Shown here in pieces: positions 49,864 to 58,596 of a DNA stretch of 58,596 bases (positions within the stretch are counted from its first letter, which is position 1; each line of letters begins with the position of its first letter). Source of the DNA: a bacterium (lineage in GTDB: Bacteria > Zhuqueibacterota > Zhuqueibacteria > Oceanimicrobiales > Oceanimicrobiaceae); NCBI GenBank assembly GCA_037446635.1, contig JBBIIG010000024.1:1-58596 (forward strand), in the 5' to 3' direction. Made by a program: the position numbers and the translations under genes. A model generated the notes under the pieces. It did not search any database, was not told the DNA's origin, and worked only from the letters and a program-made list of their open reading frames with translations.

Positions 49864-51156
49864 GTGAATTATAAAGCCTCCTTTTACACGCTCGGCTGCC
49901 GGCTCAATCAAGCCGAGACCGCCATCATCAGCAATACGTTTAAGGCCAAGGGCTACGATGTTGTCGATTTCGGAAAGCCGACCGACGTGTGCGTCATCAA
50001 CACGTGCACGGTTACGGAGAAGGCCGACGCCGAGTGCCGCAAGCTGGTGCGGCAAGTTTTGCGGCGGTCGCCGGAAGCGTTTGGCTGTTACGCGCAAATC
50101 GGCACCGAGGCGCTGCAGCAGATCGACGGCATCGATTTGATTGTTGGCACTGAGGAGAAAATGCGGGTTGCGGATTTCATCGACGTGCCGCACAAGCTGC
50201 CGGCGCCGCTGATTCGCAAAAAGAAAATCTCGCGCAGTCCGTTCACCATCAGCTCAGTTGGCAATTACGAGCACGCCACCCGTGCCAATCTCAAAATTCA
50301 GGACGGCTGCGATTTCATGTGCAGCTTCTGTGTGATTCCGTTTGCCCGCGGCCGCGCCCGCAGTCGCGCGCTTTGGGATATTCAGCGCGAGGCCCTCGAG
50401 TTGGTGGAGCTTGGTCACAAAGAGATCGTGCTCACGGGCGTAAACATCGGCACATACGATTTCGATGGCAAGACTTTATTGGATGTCATCAAAATGCTTG
50501 AGCGCATCGATGGACTGGAGCGGATTCGCATCAGTTCCATCGAGCCGACGATGATTCCGATGGAGTTGATTGCGCACATGGCCGAGTCGCCGAAACTCTG
50601 CCGCCATTTGCACATCCCCATTCAAAGCGGCGATGATTCGCTGCTGCAAAACATGCGGCGGCTCTATTCGGTTTCTGAGTACGTCAACTTTTTGGAGCTG
50701 GTGCAGAAGCGGATTCCAGAGATTTGTTTTGGAACGGACGTGATGGTGGGATTTCCCGGCGAAGGAGAACACGAATTTCAAAACACGGTGGGACTCCTAA
50801 AGGAGTCACTACTAACCTATTTTCACGTGTTCTCGTTTTCCGAGCGGGAGGGAACGGCGGCGGCTAGGATGTCGGGAAAAGTGGATTTTCAAACCAAACA
50901 GGAGCGCAGTCGGATTCTGCGAAATCTTTCCAAAAGAAAGCGTCGGGAATTTTATCAGCGGCAAGTTGGCAAAACCGTTCGTGTGCTATTGGAAGGCCGC
51001 AATGACGCTGGCTTGTTTCAGGGACTGACGGATAACTACATCAAAGTCGGCGTTGCCACCGAACGCGATCTCAGCAATCGATTTGTCGATTTGCGAATCG
51101 AAAGACTCGCGCAGGACGATCTTGTGGTGGGCGTCCCGGTGCAGCAAGCGGATTGA
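49864..51156 (+). CDS. mtaB: tRNA t6A37 methylthiotransferase MtaB
   Basis: TLGCRLNQAET, INTCTVT, KIQDGCDFMCSFC, FHVFSFSEREGT. Confidence 0.9.
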   Translation: MNYKASFYTLGCRLNQAETAIISNTFKAKGYDVVDFGKPTDVCVINTCTVTEKADAECRKLVRQVLRRSPEAFGCYAQIGTEALQQIDGIDLIVGTEEKMRVADFIDVPHKLPAPLIRKKKISRSPFTISSVGNYEHATRANLKIQDGCDFMCSFCVIPFARGRARSRALWDIQREALELVELGHKEIVLTGVNIGTYDFDGKTLLDVIKMLERIDGLERIRISSIEPTMIPMELIAHMAESPKLCRHLHIPIQSGDDSLLQNMRRLYSVSEYVNFLELVQKRIPEICFGTDVMVGFPGEGEHEFQNTVGLLKESLLTYFHVFSFSEREGTAAARMSGKVDFQTKQERSRILRNLSKRKRREFYQRQVGKTVRVLLEGRNDAGLFQGLTDNYIKVGVATERDLSNRFVDLRIERLAQDDLVVGVPVQQAD

Positions 51157-51228
51157 TGGATTTATGGATCAATGGATTAATGACAAACCGAAAAGCATCG
51201 ATCCAATCATCCATCAATCCATTAATCC
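51150..51228. repeat. Octamer (GGATTnAT) inverted tandem repeat
   Basis: GGATTGAT GGATTTAT GGATCAAT GGATTAAT ... ATCGATCC AATCATCC ATCAATCC ATTAATCC. Confidence 0.7.
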
Positions 51229-51348
51229 TCTGTGATTAAAAACTTTTGACCCCAAGGCTCGTGCCTTTTCTAAACGACAACGCATCCGCTTCGATGAGAT
51301 TTCTGACTTGTTTTTTCGGGCTGAGGTGATTAAATTGCGGACGATGAT

Positions 51349-51744
51349 TTGGAAACGGAGAATTATCTCAACAAAGCAGCCAACTCACTGAAAGCGGCGC
51401 AGCTTTGTTTTGACAATGGGCTGTACGATGATGCTGTGAGTCGCGCTTATTATTGCGTCCTAAAGGCGGCGATAGCAATTCTCGTGGCGTTCGGACATTC
51501 GGCCGAGACCCAGAAAAAACATCAGTGGGTGCGTGCCATATTTCCCAGAGAGCTGATGAAGCGCAAAAAGATATTGCCACGAGAATTGATGACATATTTC
51601 ACGGACTTGCAGAACGAGCGAGAAAGTGCGGACTACGAACCAAAATTGATTAGTGACAAGACTGCAGAACGCGCCATAAAGAAAGCACAGAAATTCTTAT
51701 CATTAATTCAAAAGGTGTACTATGCGCAAATCGGAAAAAATTGA
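51349..51744 (+). CDS. HEPN domain protein (UPF0332-like)
   Basis: AVSRAYY, H, RESADY motifs. Confidence 0.85.
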   Translation: METENYLNKAANSLKAAQLCFDNGLYDDAVSRAYYCVLKAAIAILVAFGHSAETQKKHQWVRAIFPRELMKRKKILPRELMTYFTDLQNERESADYEPKLISDKTAERAIKKAQKFLSLIQKVYYAQIGKN

Positions 51745-51979
51745 CCGTGCGGCGAAAGAAATAGTTTCTCGAGTTCAAAAGCGCTTTCCCAAAGTGAAGT
51801 TTTTGGGAGTTACAAAGTGGCACAACGCCGATGTGGCCATCAGATTTGTCACGCCGGAAGACAACGGCTATGAAATTTCTGAATTCACCGCTCCCATTCA
51901 GAATCGGATTTTTGATAAAGAAGGCATCGATATTCGAGTCTTGCCATTAGAAGATGTTAACAGTGATTCCAGCAAATGA
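51722..51979 (+). CDS. Hypothetical protein, putative HEPN partner
   Basis: Overlaps the HEPN 3' end; 85 aa; same lower GC. Confidence 0.6.
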   Translation: MRKSEKIDRAAKEIVSRVQKRFPKVKFLGVTKWHNADVAIRFVTPEDNGYEISEFTAPIQNRIFDKEGIDIRVLPLEDVNSDSSK

Positions 51980-53337
51980 AGAAAGTCTATATCGAAACTT
52001 ACGGCTGCCAGATGAACGAATATGACACCGAGCTCATTCGTTCCATCATGAAAACCAACCAATATGAATTCACGGAGTCGGAGCAGGACGCCGACATCAT
52101 CTTTTTGAACACCTGCGCCATCCGCGAAAACGCCCACGACAAAATCTACGGCCGGCTCGGCGAGATTTCGCATCTCAAATCCAACAACAAAAAACTAGTG
52201 GTGGGATTGCTGGGCTGCATGTCGCAAAATCTGCGCGGCAATTTGAAAGCACAGGAAAAATTGGTGGACATTTTCGCCGGCCCGGACAGCTACAAGCGCC
52301 TTCCCAAAATGATAGATGCCGTTCGCCGTGGCGGCGACAAGCAATACGATTTTGCCCTTTCTGAATTTGAAGATTACAGCGACGTCTATCCCGAGCGCGT
52401 GCCCGGCGTCAACGCGTGGATTGCCGTGATGCGCGGCTGCGATAATTTTTGCACGTTCTGTGTCGTGCCCTACACCCGCGGCCGCGAGCGCAGCCGCAGT
52501 CCCGAGAGTGTGGTTTGGGAAGTCGAGCGCCTCGCTGCCGAGGGCTTCAAACAGGTCACGCTGCTGGGGCAGAATGTCAATTCGTATCGTTACGAAAATT
52601 ACGATTTCGCCGATTTGTTGCATAGGGTATCGGAAGTGGAAGGCATCGCGCGCATTCGCTTCACCTCGCCGCATCCGAAGGATTTCCCGGATCGCTTTCT
52701 CGAAGTGATGGCGGAGAATCCGAAAATCTGCAAGCACATTCATCTGCCGCTGCAGTCGGGCAACGATCGCATTTTGAATTTGATGGCACGCACCTACACG
52801 CAAAAAGAGTTTCTCGATCTTGTCGACAAGATTCGCGACACGATTCCCGAGGTGAAATTGAGCACCGATGTCATCGTCGGCTTTTGCACTGAGACCGACG
52901 AAGAATTCGATGACACACTGGACGTGATGCGGCGCGTGGAATTCGACTCGGCGTTCATGTTCAAATATTCGCAGCGGGAAAACACCATCGCCAGCAGAAA
53001 ATTAGCTGACGACGTTTCGGACGAAAAAAAGACCGAGCGCATCGTGCGTTTGAATGAGCTGCAAAAAGAGATTTCGCTGAAAAAAAATGAAGCGGAGATC
53101 GGCAAAACGCACGCAGTGTTGGTGGAAGGCCCCAGCAAGCGCGGCTCCGACATTTGGATGGGCCGCACCGACGGTAACAAAATCGTCGTTTTCGAAAAAG
53201 GCAATTTCAACGCCGGCGATGTGATCGAGGTGACGATTCAGCGCGCCACCGCGAATACGTTGTTTGGGAAAGTCAAATCGCAATCACCGTTTCACATTAT
53301 CAAGGAAAATGGAGTGCCAAACTTCAGTTTGGCATAA
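51976..53337 (+). CDS. miaB: tRNA i6A37 methylthiotransferase MiaB
   Basis: TYGCQMNEYD, NTCAIRE, RGCDNFCTFC, LLGQNVNSY, TRAM domain. Confidence 0.95.
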   Translation: MKKVYIETYGCQMNEYDTELIRSIMKTNQYEFTESEQDADIIFLNTCAIRENAHDKIYGRLGEISHLKSNNKKLVVGLLGCMSQNLRGNLKAQEKLVDIFAGPDSYKRLPKMIDAVRRGGDKQYDFALSEFEDYSDVYPERVPGVNAWIAVMRGCDNFCTFCVVPYTRGRERSRSPESVVWEVERLAAEGFKQVTLLGQNVNSYRYENYDFADLLHRVSEVEGIARIRFTSPHPKDFPDRFLEVMAENPKICKHIHLPLQSGNDRILNLMARTYTQKEFLDLVDKIRDTIPEVKLSTDVIVGFCTETDEEFDDTLDVMRRVEFDSAFMFKYSQRENTIASRKLADDVSDEKKTERIVRLNELQKEISLKKNEAEIGKTHAVLVEGPSKRGSDIWMGRTDGNKIVVFEKGNFNAGDVIEVTIQRATANTLFGKVKSQSPFHIIKENGVPNFSLA

Positions 53338-53435
53338 AATTACTGTCAAGCTGAAGCTTGACACTCCAGACTGCTTGACACTCCAAAAGAGATAAATATA
53401 ACGGTCTCGCTCCCACGCGGAGCGTGGGAGCGAGA
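53311..53435. repeat. REP/REPIN-like palindrome cluster
   Basis: GGAGTGCCAAACTTCAGTTTGGCA / TGTCAAGCTGAAGCTTGACACTCC inverted pair (53311-53367); TCTCGCTCCCACGC-GGA-GCGTGGGAGCGAGA (53405-53435). Confidence 0.65.
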
Positions 53436-53457
53436 GTATGTGCGGAGATGGCATAAC

Positions 53458-54627
53458 ATGGCGAAATTTCAGGGCGTCGATCTTTATCAAATCGAAGAAC
53501 TGCTTTCCGATGAAGAGCGGATGGTGCGCAACACGGTGCGCGAATTTGTGGAAGAGGAGTTCATGCCCATCGTACGCGATCATTATCGCAAAGGCGAATT
53601 TCCCAAACATCTGATTCCGCAACTCGGAAAGATGGGGCTGCTCGGCGCCAACCTCAGCGGCTACGGCTGCGCCGGACTCAATAACGTGGCGTACGGTCTC
53701 ATCAATCAGGAATTGGAGCGGGGCGATAGTGGGCTGCGCAGCTTTGTTTCCGTGCAGGGTAGTTTAGTGATGTATCCCATCCACGCCTTTGGTTCGGAGG
53801 AGCAAAAACAAACATGGCTGCCCAAGTTGGCGGCCGGGGAGGCCGTCGGTTGTTTCGGACTGACGGAGCCGGATTTCGGATCGAATCCATCGGGGATGCG
53901 TACCCGCGCCGAGCGCGTTAAAAATGGCTGGAAGCTTAACGGCAGCAAAATGTGGATCACCAACGGCACGCTCGCGGACGTGGCCGTCGTGTGGGCGAAA
54001 GTCGATGACAGTGTGCGCGGATTTTTGGTGGAAAAAGGTACACCGGGGTTTGAGGCCAAAGCGATGCACGGCAAACTCTCGCTGCGGGCGTCGGACACCG
54101 CGGAGCTGTTGTTCGATAACTGCATCATCCCCGAAGATAATCTTCTCCCCAAAACCGAGGGCTTGAAAAACGCACTGATGTGCCTTTCGCAAGCGCGGTA
54201 TGGCATCGCGTGGGGTGTGGTTGGCGCGGCCATGGCTTGTTACGACGAGGCACTCAATTACGCCAAAGGCCGGGTTCAATTTGATAACAAGCCCATCGCG
54301 AGCCACCAATTGGTTCAACAAAAATTGGTTTACATGATCACCGAGATCACTAAAGCGCAACTGCTGGTTTTGCAATTGGGGAGATTGAAAGATCAGCACA
54401 AAGTCACGCCGGTGCAAATCTCGCTGGCGAAGCGCAACAACGCGTATCAAGCGTTGGAAATCGCCCGGCTGGCGCGGCAAATTTTGGGCGCCAACGGCAT
54501 CCTCGATGATTATCATGCCATGCGCCACGCCTGCAATCTCGAAACCGTGATCACCTACGAAGGCACGCACGATATTCATACGCTGATCATCGGCCAGCAC
54601 ATTACTGGACACGCGGCATTTTCGTAA
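53458..54627 (+). CDS. Acyl-CoA dehydrogenase (glutaryl-CoA dehydrogenase-like)
   Basis: ELERGDSG.RS, CFGLTEPDFGS, KMWITN, TYEGTHDIH. Confidence 0.9.
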   Translation: MAKFQGVDLYQIEELLSDEERMVRNTVREFVEEEFMPIVRDHYRKGEFPKHLIPQLGKMGLLGANLSGYGCAGLNNVAYGLINQELERGDSGLRSFVSVQGSLVMYPIHAFGSEEQKQTWLPKLAAGEAVGCFGLTEPDFGSNPSGMRTRAERVKNGWKLNGSKMWITNGTLADVAVVWAKVDDSVRGFLVEKGTPGFEAKAMHGKLSLRASDTAELLFDNCIIPEDNLLPKTEGLKNALMCLSQARYGIAWGVVGAAMACYDEALNYAKGRVQFDNKPIASHQLVQQKLVYMITEITKAQLLVLQLGRLKDQHKVTPVQISLAKRNNAYQALEIARLARQILGANGILDDYHAMRHACNLETVITYEGTHDIHTLIIGQHITGHAAFS

Positions 54628-54632
54628 TCTCC

Positions 54633-55031
54633 ATGAATTTATATGATAAAGACGATGGCTTCCGAACATTCACGCTGAACGAAGCCAATGCACTGCTGCC
54701 AAAAATTATTGCGGTCACCGAGCAGACGATCATCCAACTCGAACGCATTCAGGAGCAGCGACAGGCCGATGGATTAGCTGCCCCAGTCGATGAGCATGAC
54801 GAAGAGACCGCTGAAATTCTGCAGCACTGGTCGGCGGAGATGGTGAAGTTGGGCGTTTATCCCAAAGGGTTTTTCACGGTGGATTTTAAGTCGCATGTCC
54901 CCGATACCTTGCTTTGCTGGACGTATGGCGAGCGCGAAATCAGCCACACGCATAAAATTTTTGAAAGCTTTAAAGACCGCGCCGCCATTAAAGACAAGCG
55001 GCTGCTTGGTTTTGAAGACACAATCAACTGA
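54633..55031 (+). CDS. DUF2203 family protein
   Basis: FTL.EANALLP, VDF, LLCW..GE..I.H.H...F..R. Confidence 0.75.
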   Translation: MNLYDKDDGFRTFTLNEANALLPKIIAVTEQTIIQLERIQEQRQADGLAAPVDEHDEETAEILQHWSAEMVKLGVYPKGFFTVDFKSHVPDTLLCWTYGEREISHTHKIFESFKDRAAIKDKRLLGFEDTIN

Positions 55032-55835
55032 ATGATCCAGAGCCTTTTTTTCGTCCTCTTCACCCATTTCGCCGTTGGCTTAATTTTTATCACTCTGTTT
55101 ATTTCACTGGCAGAAATTGGCCGGCTCTATTTTCGGGTGACCACGGGCGTCGCCTTCGTTCTTATTTTGTTAGCGCTGCTCGCGAGTCCGTTTGGTTTGA
55201 TGTCGTCCAACTTCAAGGGCGTGGAAGCCGGCCTTCCTCTAAAAGCCGCTTTTTTATTGTTTTGTGTGAGCCTCGCGTTAATCGCGGTCTTCAATCTGAT
55301 TCTTCCCCGGCATCATAAAAAAATTTTAGTTGCCATTCTTGTGAGCGGGCTGCTGGGAGTGCTCTTTTATTCCGAGACAGCTCGCGCGGCGATACCGTTC
55401 GTCGAGTGGTGGGCGATGATGCTCAACACCATCTCTTCGACTTTGATGTTAGGCGCTGTTTTGGGCGCGATGATCACCGGGCACTGGTATCTCGTACAGC
55501 ACAAGCTGAGCTTGACGCCGCTAAAAATCAGCGCACGAATTTACGTGTTCGCGGTGCTTCTGCGCATCGTGAGCGTCGCGGCGGCGCTGCTCTGGGCCAG
55601 CAAAACCGTGGCGTCAGCGGGGTGGTTCGCCCTCGATTTTCGCGGCTATTTTTTTATAGCGCGCGCCGCAATCGGGTTGCTGCTGCCGCTGGTTTTTGGG
55701 TGGATGACTTGGAGCGCCGTAAAGATTGGCTCCACCCAATCGGCCACCGGTATCCTTTACGCCACCGTGGTGCTGACGCTGCTTGGGGAAACCTTTGGCA
55801 ATGTTCTTTTCCGAATGACGGGCATCCCGATGTAA
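55032..55835 (+). CDS. Polytopic membrane protein
   Basis: About 8 TM segments; AMITGHWYL, TQSATGILY motifs. Confidence 0.72.
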   Translation: MIQSLFFVLFTHFAVGLIFITLFISLAEIGRLYFRVTTGVAFVLILLALLASPFGLMSSNFKGVEAGLPLKAAFLLFCVSLALIAVFNLILPRHHKKILVAILVSGLLGVLFYSETARAAIPFVEWWAMMLNTISSTLMLGAVLGAMITGHWYLVQHKLSLTPLKISARIYVFAVLLRIVSVAAALLWASKTVASAGWFALDFRGYFFIARAAIGLLLPLVFGWMTWSAVKIGSTQSATGILYATVVLTLLGETFGNVLFRMTGIPM

Positions 55836-55911
55836 TTTGAAGCGATTAATTAACTTGCTTTTGCAGGGGAAGATATATATATTCGTTTCGATTATTGGCG
55901 ATTTAGGCGAG

Positions 55912-56343
55912 ATGAAACCGGTAACCAACAAATTGCGAGTCAGCCAAAAGCTGGAGATGTTAACGACGCTTTTCTCGCATAAGCCTTTGCGGCCGGTTCT
56001 GGATGCGCTGGCGGACGAAGAACTGGTGGAAGCCCACGAATTTTTGTGGAACAAGCTGGTTGAGATTCATTATCTCACTCAAAAAAGCGAATTCATGCGC
56101 GAGGAGATCACGCGCCTGATGACGCCCTCGGCGGTGTATCAACAGCAGCAGGGCTGCGACTTACGGTTGGATTATTGTAAAGGCGTGGAGTGCATCTGGT
56201 CGAATCCAGATTGCGCTGGCAATAAAGTCAAAAACAATATGGAAGTGATGGGGCAGGTTATTTTAAAATATTTAGACGCGGCGCCGCAGCGCGCTCGCGT
56301 TTTTGACCATCACCACGAAAGTCAGGAATGGATACTTCAATAA
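55912..56343 (+). CDS. Hypothetical protein with a four-Cys cluster
   Basis: GCDLRLDYCKGVECIWSNPDCAG; promoter TTGCTT-N17-TATATT at 55855-55883. Confidence 0.65.
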   Translation: MKPVTNKLRVSQKLEMLTTLFSHKPLRPVLDALADEELVEAHEFLWNKLVEIHYLTQKSEFMREEITRLMTPSAVYQQQQGCDLRLDYCKGVECIWSNPDCAGNKVKNNMEVMGQVILKYLDAAPQRARVFDHHHESQEWILQ

Positions 56344-56365
56344 CCAAGAGGAACAACTGAATTTT

Positions 56366-57913
56366 ATGGAGTCGATCATTATTTATACATTGGGGGCGAT
56401 CGTATTTATCGGGTTGGGCTGGTTCGCCGCAACTCTGGTAGGCAAAAGTACGATTAAAAACGCCCGTGCGCAGTCTCAGGAAATTTTAGCCGAAGCGCGC
56501 CGCGAGGCCGATCGCACCAAACACAAAATCATCCTGCAAGCAAAAGAGGAATGGCTCAACATCCGCGACAACCAGGAACGACAGATCAAATCGCGGCAGA
56601 AGAAGCTTGAACAGATGGAGCGCGAGGTCATCGAAAAGGAAAAGCGCATCTCCAAAAAGGAAAGCGATCTCGCACAGAAGGAAAACAAATTGGTTTTAAG
56701 TGAGCGCAACCTGCAGGAACAAAAAGAGGCACTTAAAACCAAAGAACAGGAGCTCCATCGCCTCATTCAAAAGCAAAATCATCTGTTGTCGCGCGTGGCG
56801 CAAATGAGCATTGAAGAAGCGAAGACGCTGCTGTTGGAAAATCTCAAACGCGAATACAACAGCGAAGCGGCGCAAATTTATAAAGAGTTAGTCGATCACG
56901 CCAAAGAAAACGCAGCTAAGGAAGCGCGCAAGATCATCACGCTGGCCATTGAAAAGAACGCCGCCGATCAATGCGTGGAATCGACGGTGTCGGTGGTGTC
57001 GCTGCCCTCGGAGGAAGTGAAGGGGCGCATCATCGGCCGCGACGGCCGCAACATTCGCGCCTTCGAACAGGCCACGGGCGTGAAAGTAATCGTGGACGAT
57101 ACGCCGGAGGCGGTGGTGCTTTCGGCGTACGATCCAGTGCGCCGCGAAATTGCGCGCATGGCTCTGGAACGAATTATCAAAAACAAAGTCAATCCCCAAA
57201 AAATTGAAGACATCGTTTCCGCGTGCGAGAAAGAAGTGGACAAGCTCATCTGGCGGGCCGGCAACGAAGTCATCGCGCGCATCGGCGTTGGCCGTATGCA
57301 CCCGGAATTGATTCGCATTCTCGGGCGTTTGAAATTCCGTACCAGTTACGGCCAAAACATTTTGCAGCATTCCGAAGAAGTGGCGATGCTGACCGGCGCC
57401 ATGGCCGCAGAATTGAAACTCAACGTGAAACTGGCTCGCCGTGCTGGCTTGCTGCACGATATCGGCAAGGCCATGAGCCAAAACATGGAGGGCACGCACA
57501 CTCAAATTGGCATCGAAATCGCTCAAAAGTTTAACGAGGATCCGGTGGTGATCAACGCCATCGCTTCCCACCATGAGGATGAGGCCGCGACGTCGTTGAT
57601 TTCGGTGCTGGTTTCCGCCGCCGACGCCATTTCCGGTGCGCGTCCCGGTGCCCGCCGCGATACTATCGATGGCTACGTGCGGCGCATTGAAAGCCTTGAG
57701 AAGCTCGCCGATTCATTCGATCTGGTCTCGAAGGCTTACGCCATTTCCGCCGGCCGCGAGGTGCGAGTCATTGTTCAGCCAGAAAAAGTCAACGACGCCC
57801 AAGCCGATCTGCTGGCCAGCGACATCGCTAAAAAAATTCAATCCGAATTGGAATATCCCGGACAAATCAAAGTGACCGTGATTCGCGAAAGCCGCGCGGT
57901 CAGTTATGCTTAA
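56366..57913 (+). CDS. rny: Ribonuclease Y
   Basis: N-terminal TM, coiled coil, KH GRIIGRDGRNIR, HD LLHDIGK, ARPGAR, YPGQIKVTVIRE. Confidence 0.95.
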   Translation: MESIIIYTLGAIVFIGLGWFAATLVGKSTIKNARAQSQEILAEARREADRTKHKIILQAKEEWLNIRDNQERQIKSRQKKLEQMEREVIEKEKRISKKESDLAQKENKLVLSERNLQEQKEALKTKEQELHRLIQKQNHLLSRVAQMSIEEAKTLLLENLKREYNSEAAQIYKELVDHAKENAAKEARKIITLAIEKNAADQCVESTVSVVSLPSEEVKGRIIGRDGRNIRAFEQATGVKVIVDDTPEAVVLSAYDPVRREIARMALERIIKNKVNPQKIEDIVSACEKEVDKLIWRAGNEVIARIGVGRMHPELIRILGRLKFRTSYGQNILQHSEEVAMLTGAMAAELKLNVKLARRAGLLHDIGKAMSQNMEGTHTQIGIEIAQKFNEDPVVINAIASHHEDEAATSLISVLVSAADAISGARPGARRDTIDGYVRRIESLEKLADSFDLVSKAYAISAGREVRVIVQPEKVNDAQADLLASDIAKKIQSELEYPGQIKVTVIRESRAVSYA

Positions 57914-57950
57914 AAAATGAACGCCACTTAAAAGTAGAAAGGAAGTTGTT

Positions 57951-58397
57951 ATGCGCAGTAAAAAAATCAAAATCTTTTTGGCGTTTACAACGGTTTCGCT
58001 CATCCTCGTCTGGCTGGTGTTTTCAGGATTCGAGAGCGACACCATGCAATATTACGCCAAAATAAACGAAGTCAAAGCAGCGCAAGATTTTGATAAAGGC
58101 TTGCGGGTTAAAGGCAAGTTGGTGGATGGTTCCCTAGTGGCCAGCGAAACCAACTTAGAAAAATCATTCCGCATTGTCGAGGACGGCCAGGAACTGGAGG
58201 TTCGTTACAACGGCTTGCTGCCCGACACCTTCAAAGACGGCGCCGAAGTTTTGGTTGAGGGAAAATATACGGCCGAAGGCTATTTCCTGGCAAAAACGGT
58301 GATGGCGAAATGCCCTTCAAAATATGAAAGCGCCGACGGCTACAACGTTGAGGGCTATGAATCCACTAGTTCCAGTTCTGAAAGTGGCACCAATTAA
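57951..58397 (+). CDS. ccmE: Cytochrome c maturation heme chaperone CcmE (CxxxY variant)
   Basis: N-terminal TM, Y.GLLPDTFK, AKCPSKY. Confidence 0.88.
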   Translation: MRSKKIKIFLAFTTVSLILVWLVFSGFESDTMQYYAKINEVKAAQDFDKGLRVKGKLVDGSLVASETNLEKSFRIVEDGQELEVRYNGLLPDTFKDGAEVLVEGKYTAEGYFLAKTVMAKCPSKYESADGYNVEGYESTSSSSESGTN

Positions 58398-58412
58398 CTC
58401 TGAGAGTAAACC

Positions 58413-58596
58413 ATGATGTTAAATTTAGGGCACAGTGTGTTGATTTTGGCGCTGGTCTGCGCCGGGTTTTCGATATTTGCCTCCGTCGTTGGCGCGCGGC
58501 TCAAGCGCAGCGACCTTGTCCAGGCAGGGGTGAACGCGCTTTATTGCGTGGCTTTCCTGTTGACCATTGCTGTGGGTTTGTTGTGGAAAGATATTC
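58413..58596 (+). CDS. ccmF: Cytochrome c biogenesis protein CcmF, N-terminus (truncated by window edge)
   Basis: MMLNLGHSVLILAL... hydrophobic N-terminus directly after ccmE. Confidence 0.7.
   Translation, partial: MMLNLGHSVLILALVCAGFSIFASVVGARLKRSDLVQAGVNALYCVAFLLTIAVGLLWKDI

Overview
Bacterial chromosomal window made up mostly of housekeeping genes: dnaB (3' part), relA/spoT, HU/IHF, ruvX, bamD, nadD, plsC, class II ribonucleotide reductase nrdJ, ribD-ribE-ribBA-ribH, recN, murA, dnaE, an icd-like dehydrogenase, citrate synthase, ackA, trxB, nfo, mtaB, miaB, rny, ccmE and the start of ccmF. PorV-like, PorZ-like and SusC-type TonB genes suggest an FCB-superphylum organism (inference). I saw no rRNA, tRNA, CRISPR array, transposase or prophage. 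The most notable signal lies between nrdJ and ribD. A ~90-bp cassette (TTGACA-N17-TATATT promoter plus two NrdR-like boxes 32 bp apart) occurs twice. One copy drives nrdJ. The other drives an unannotated 27-aa lysine-rich, histone-H1-like microprotein gene with its own RBS and terminator. Other observations: a second unannotated basic microprotein (52 aa), a hyper-acidic 107-aa protein, a candidate anti-Shine-Dalgarno sRNA, a probably leaderless dnaE, several REP/MITE-like palindromes (some supplying stop codons), and several decayed toxin-antitoxin modules alongside intact ones. All family assignments come from motif recognition by eye; no database searches were run.
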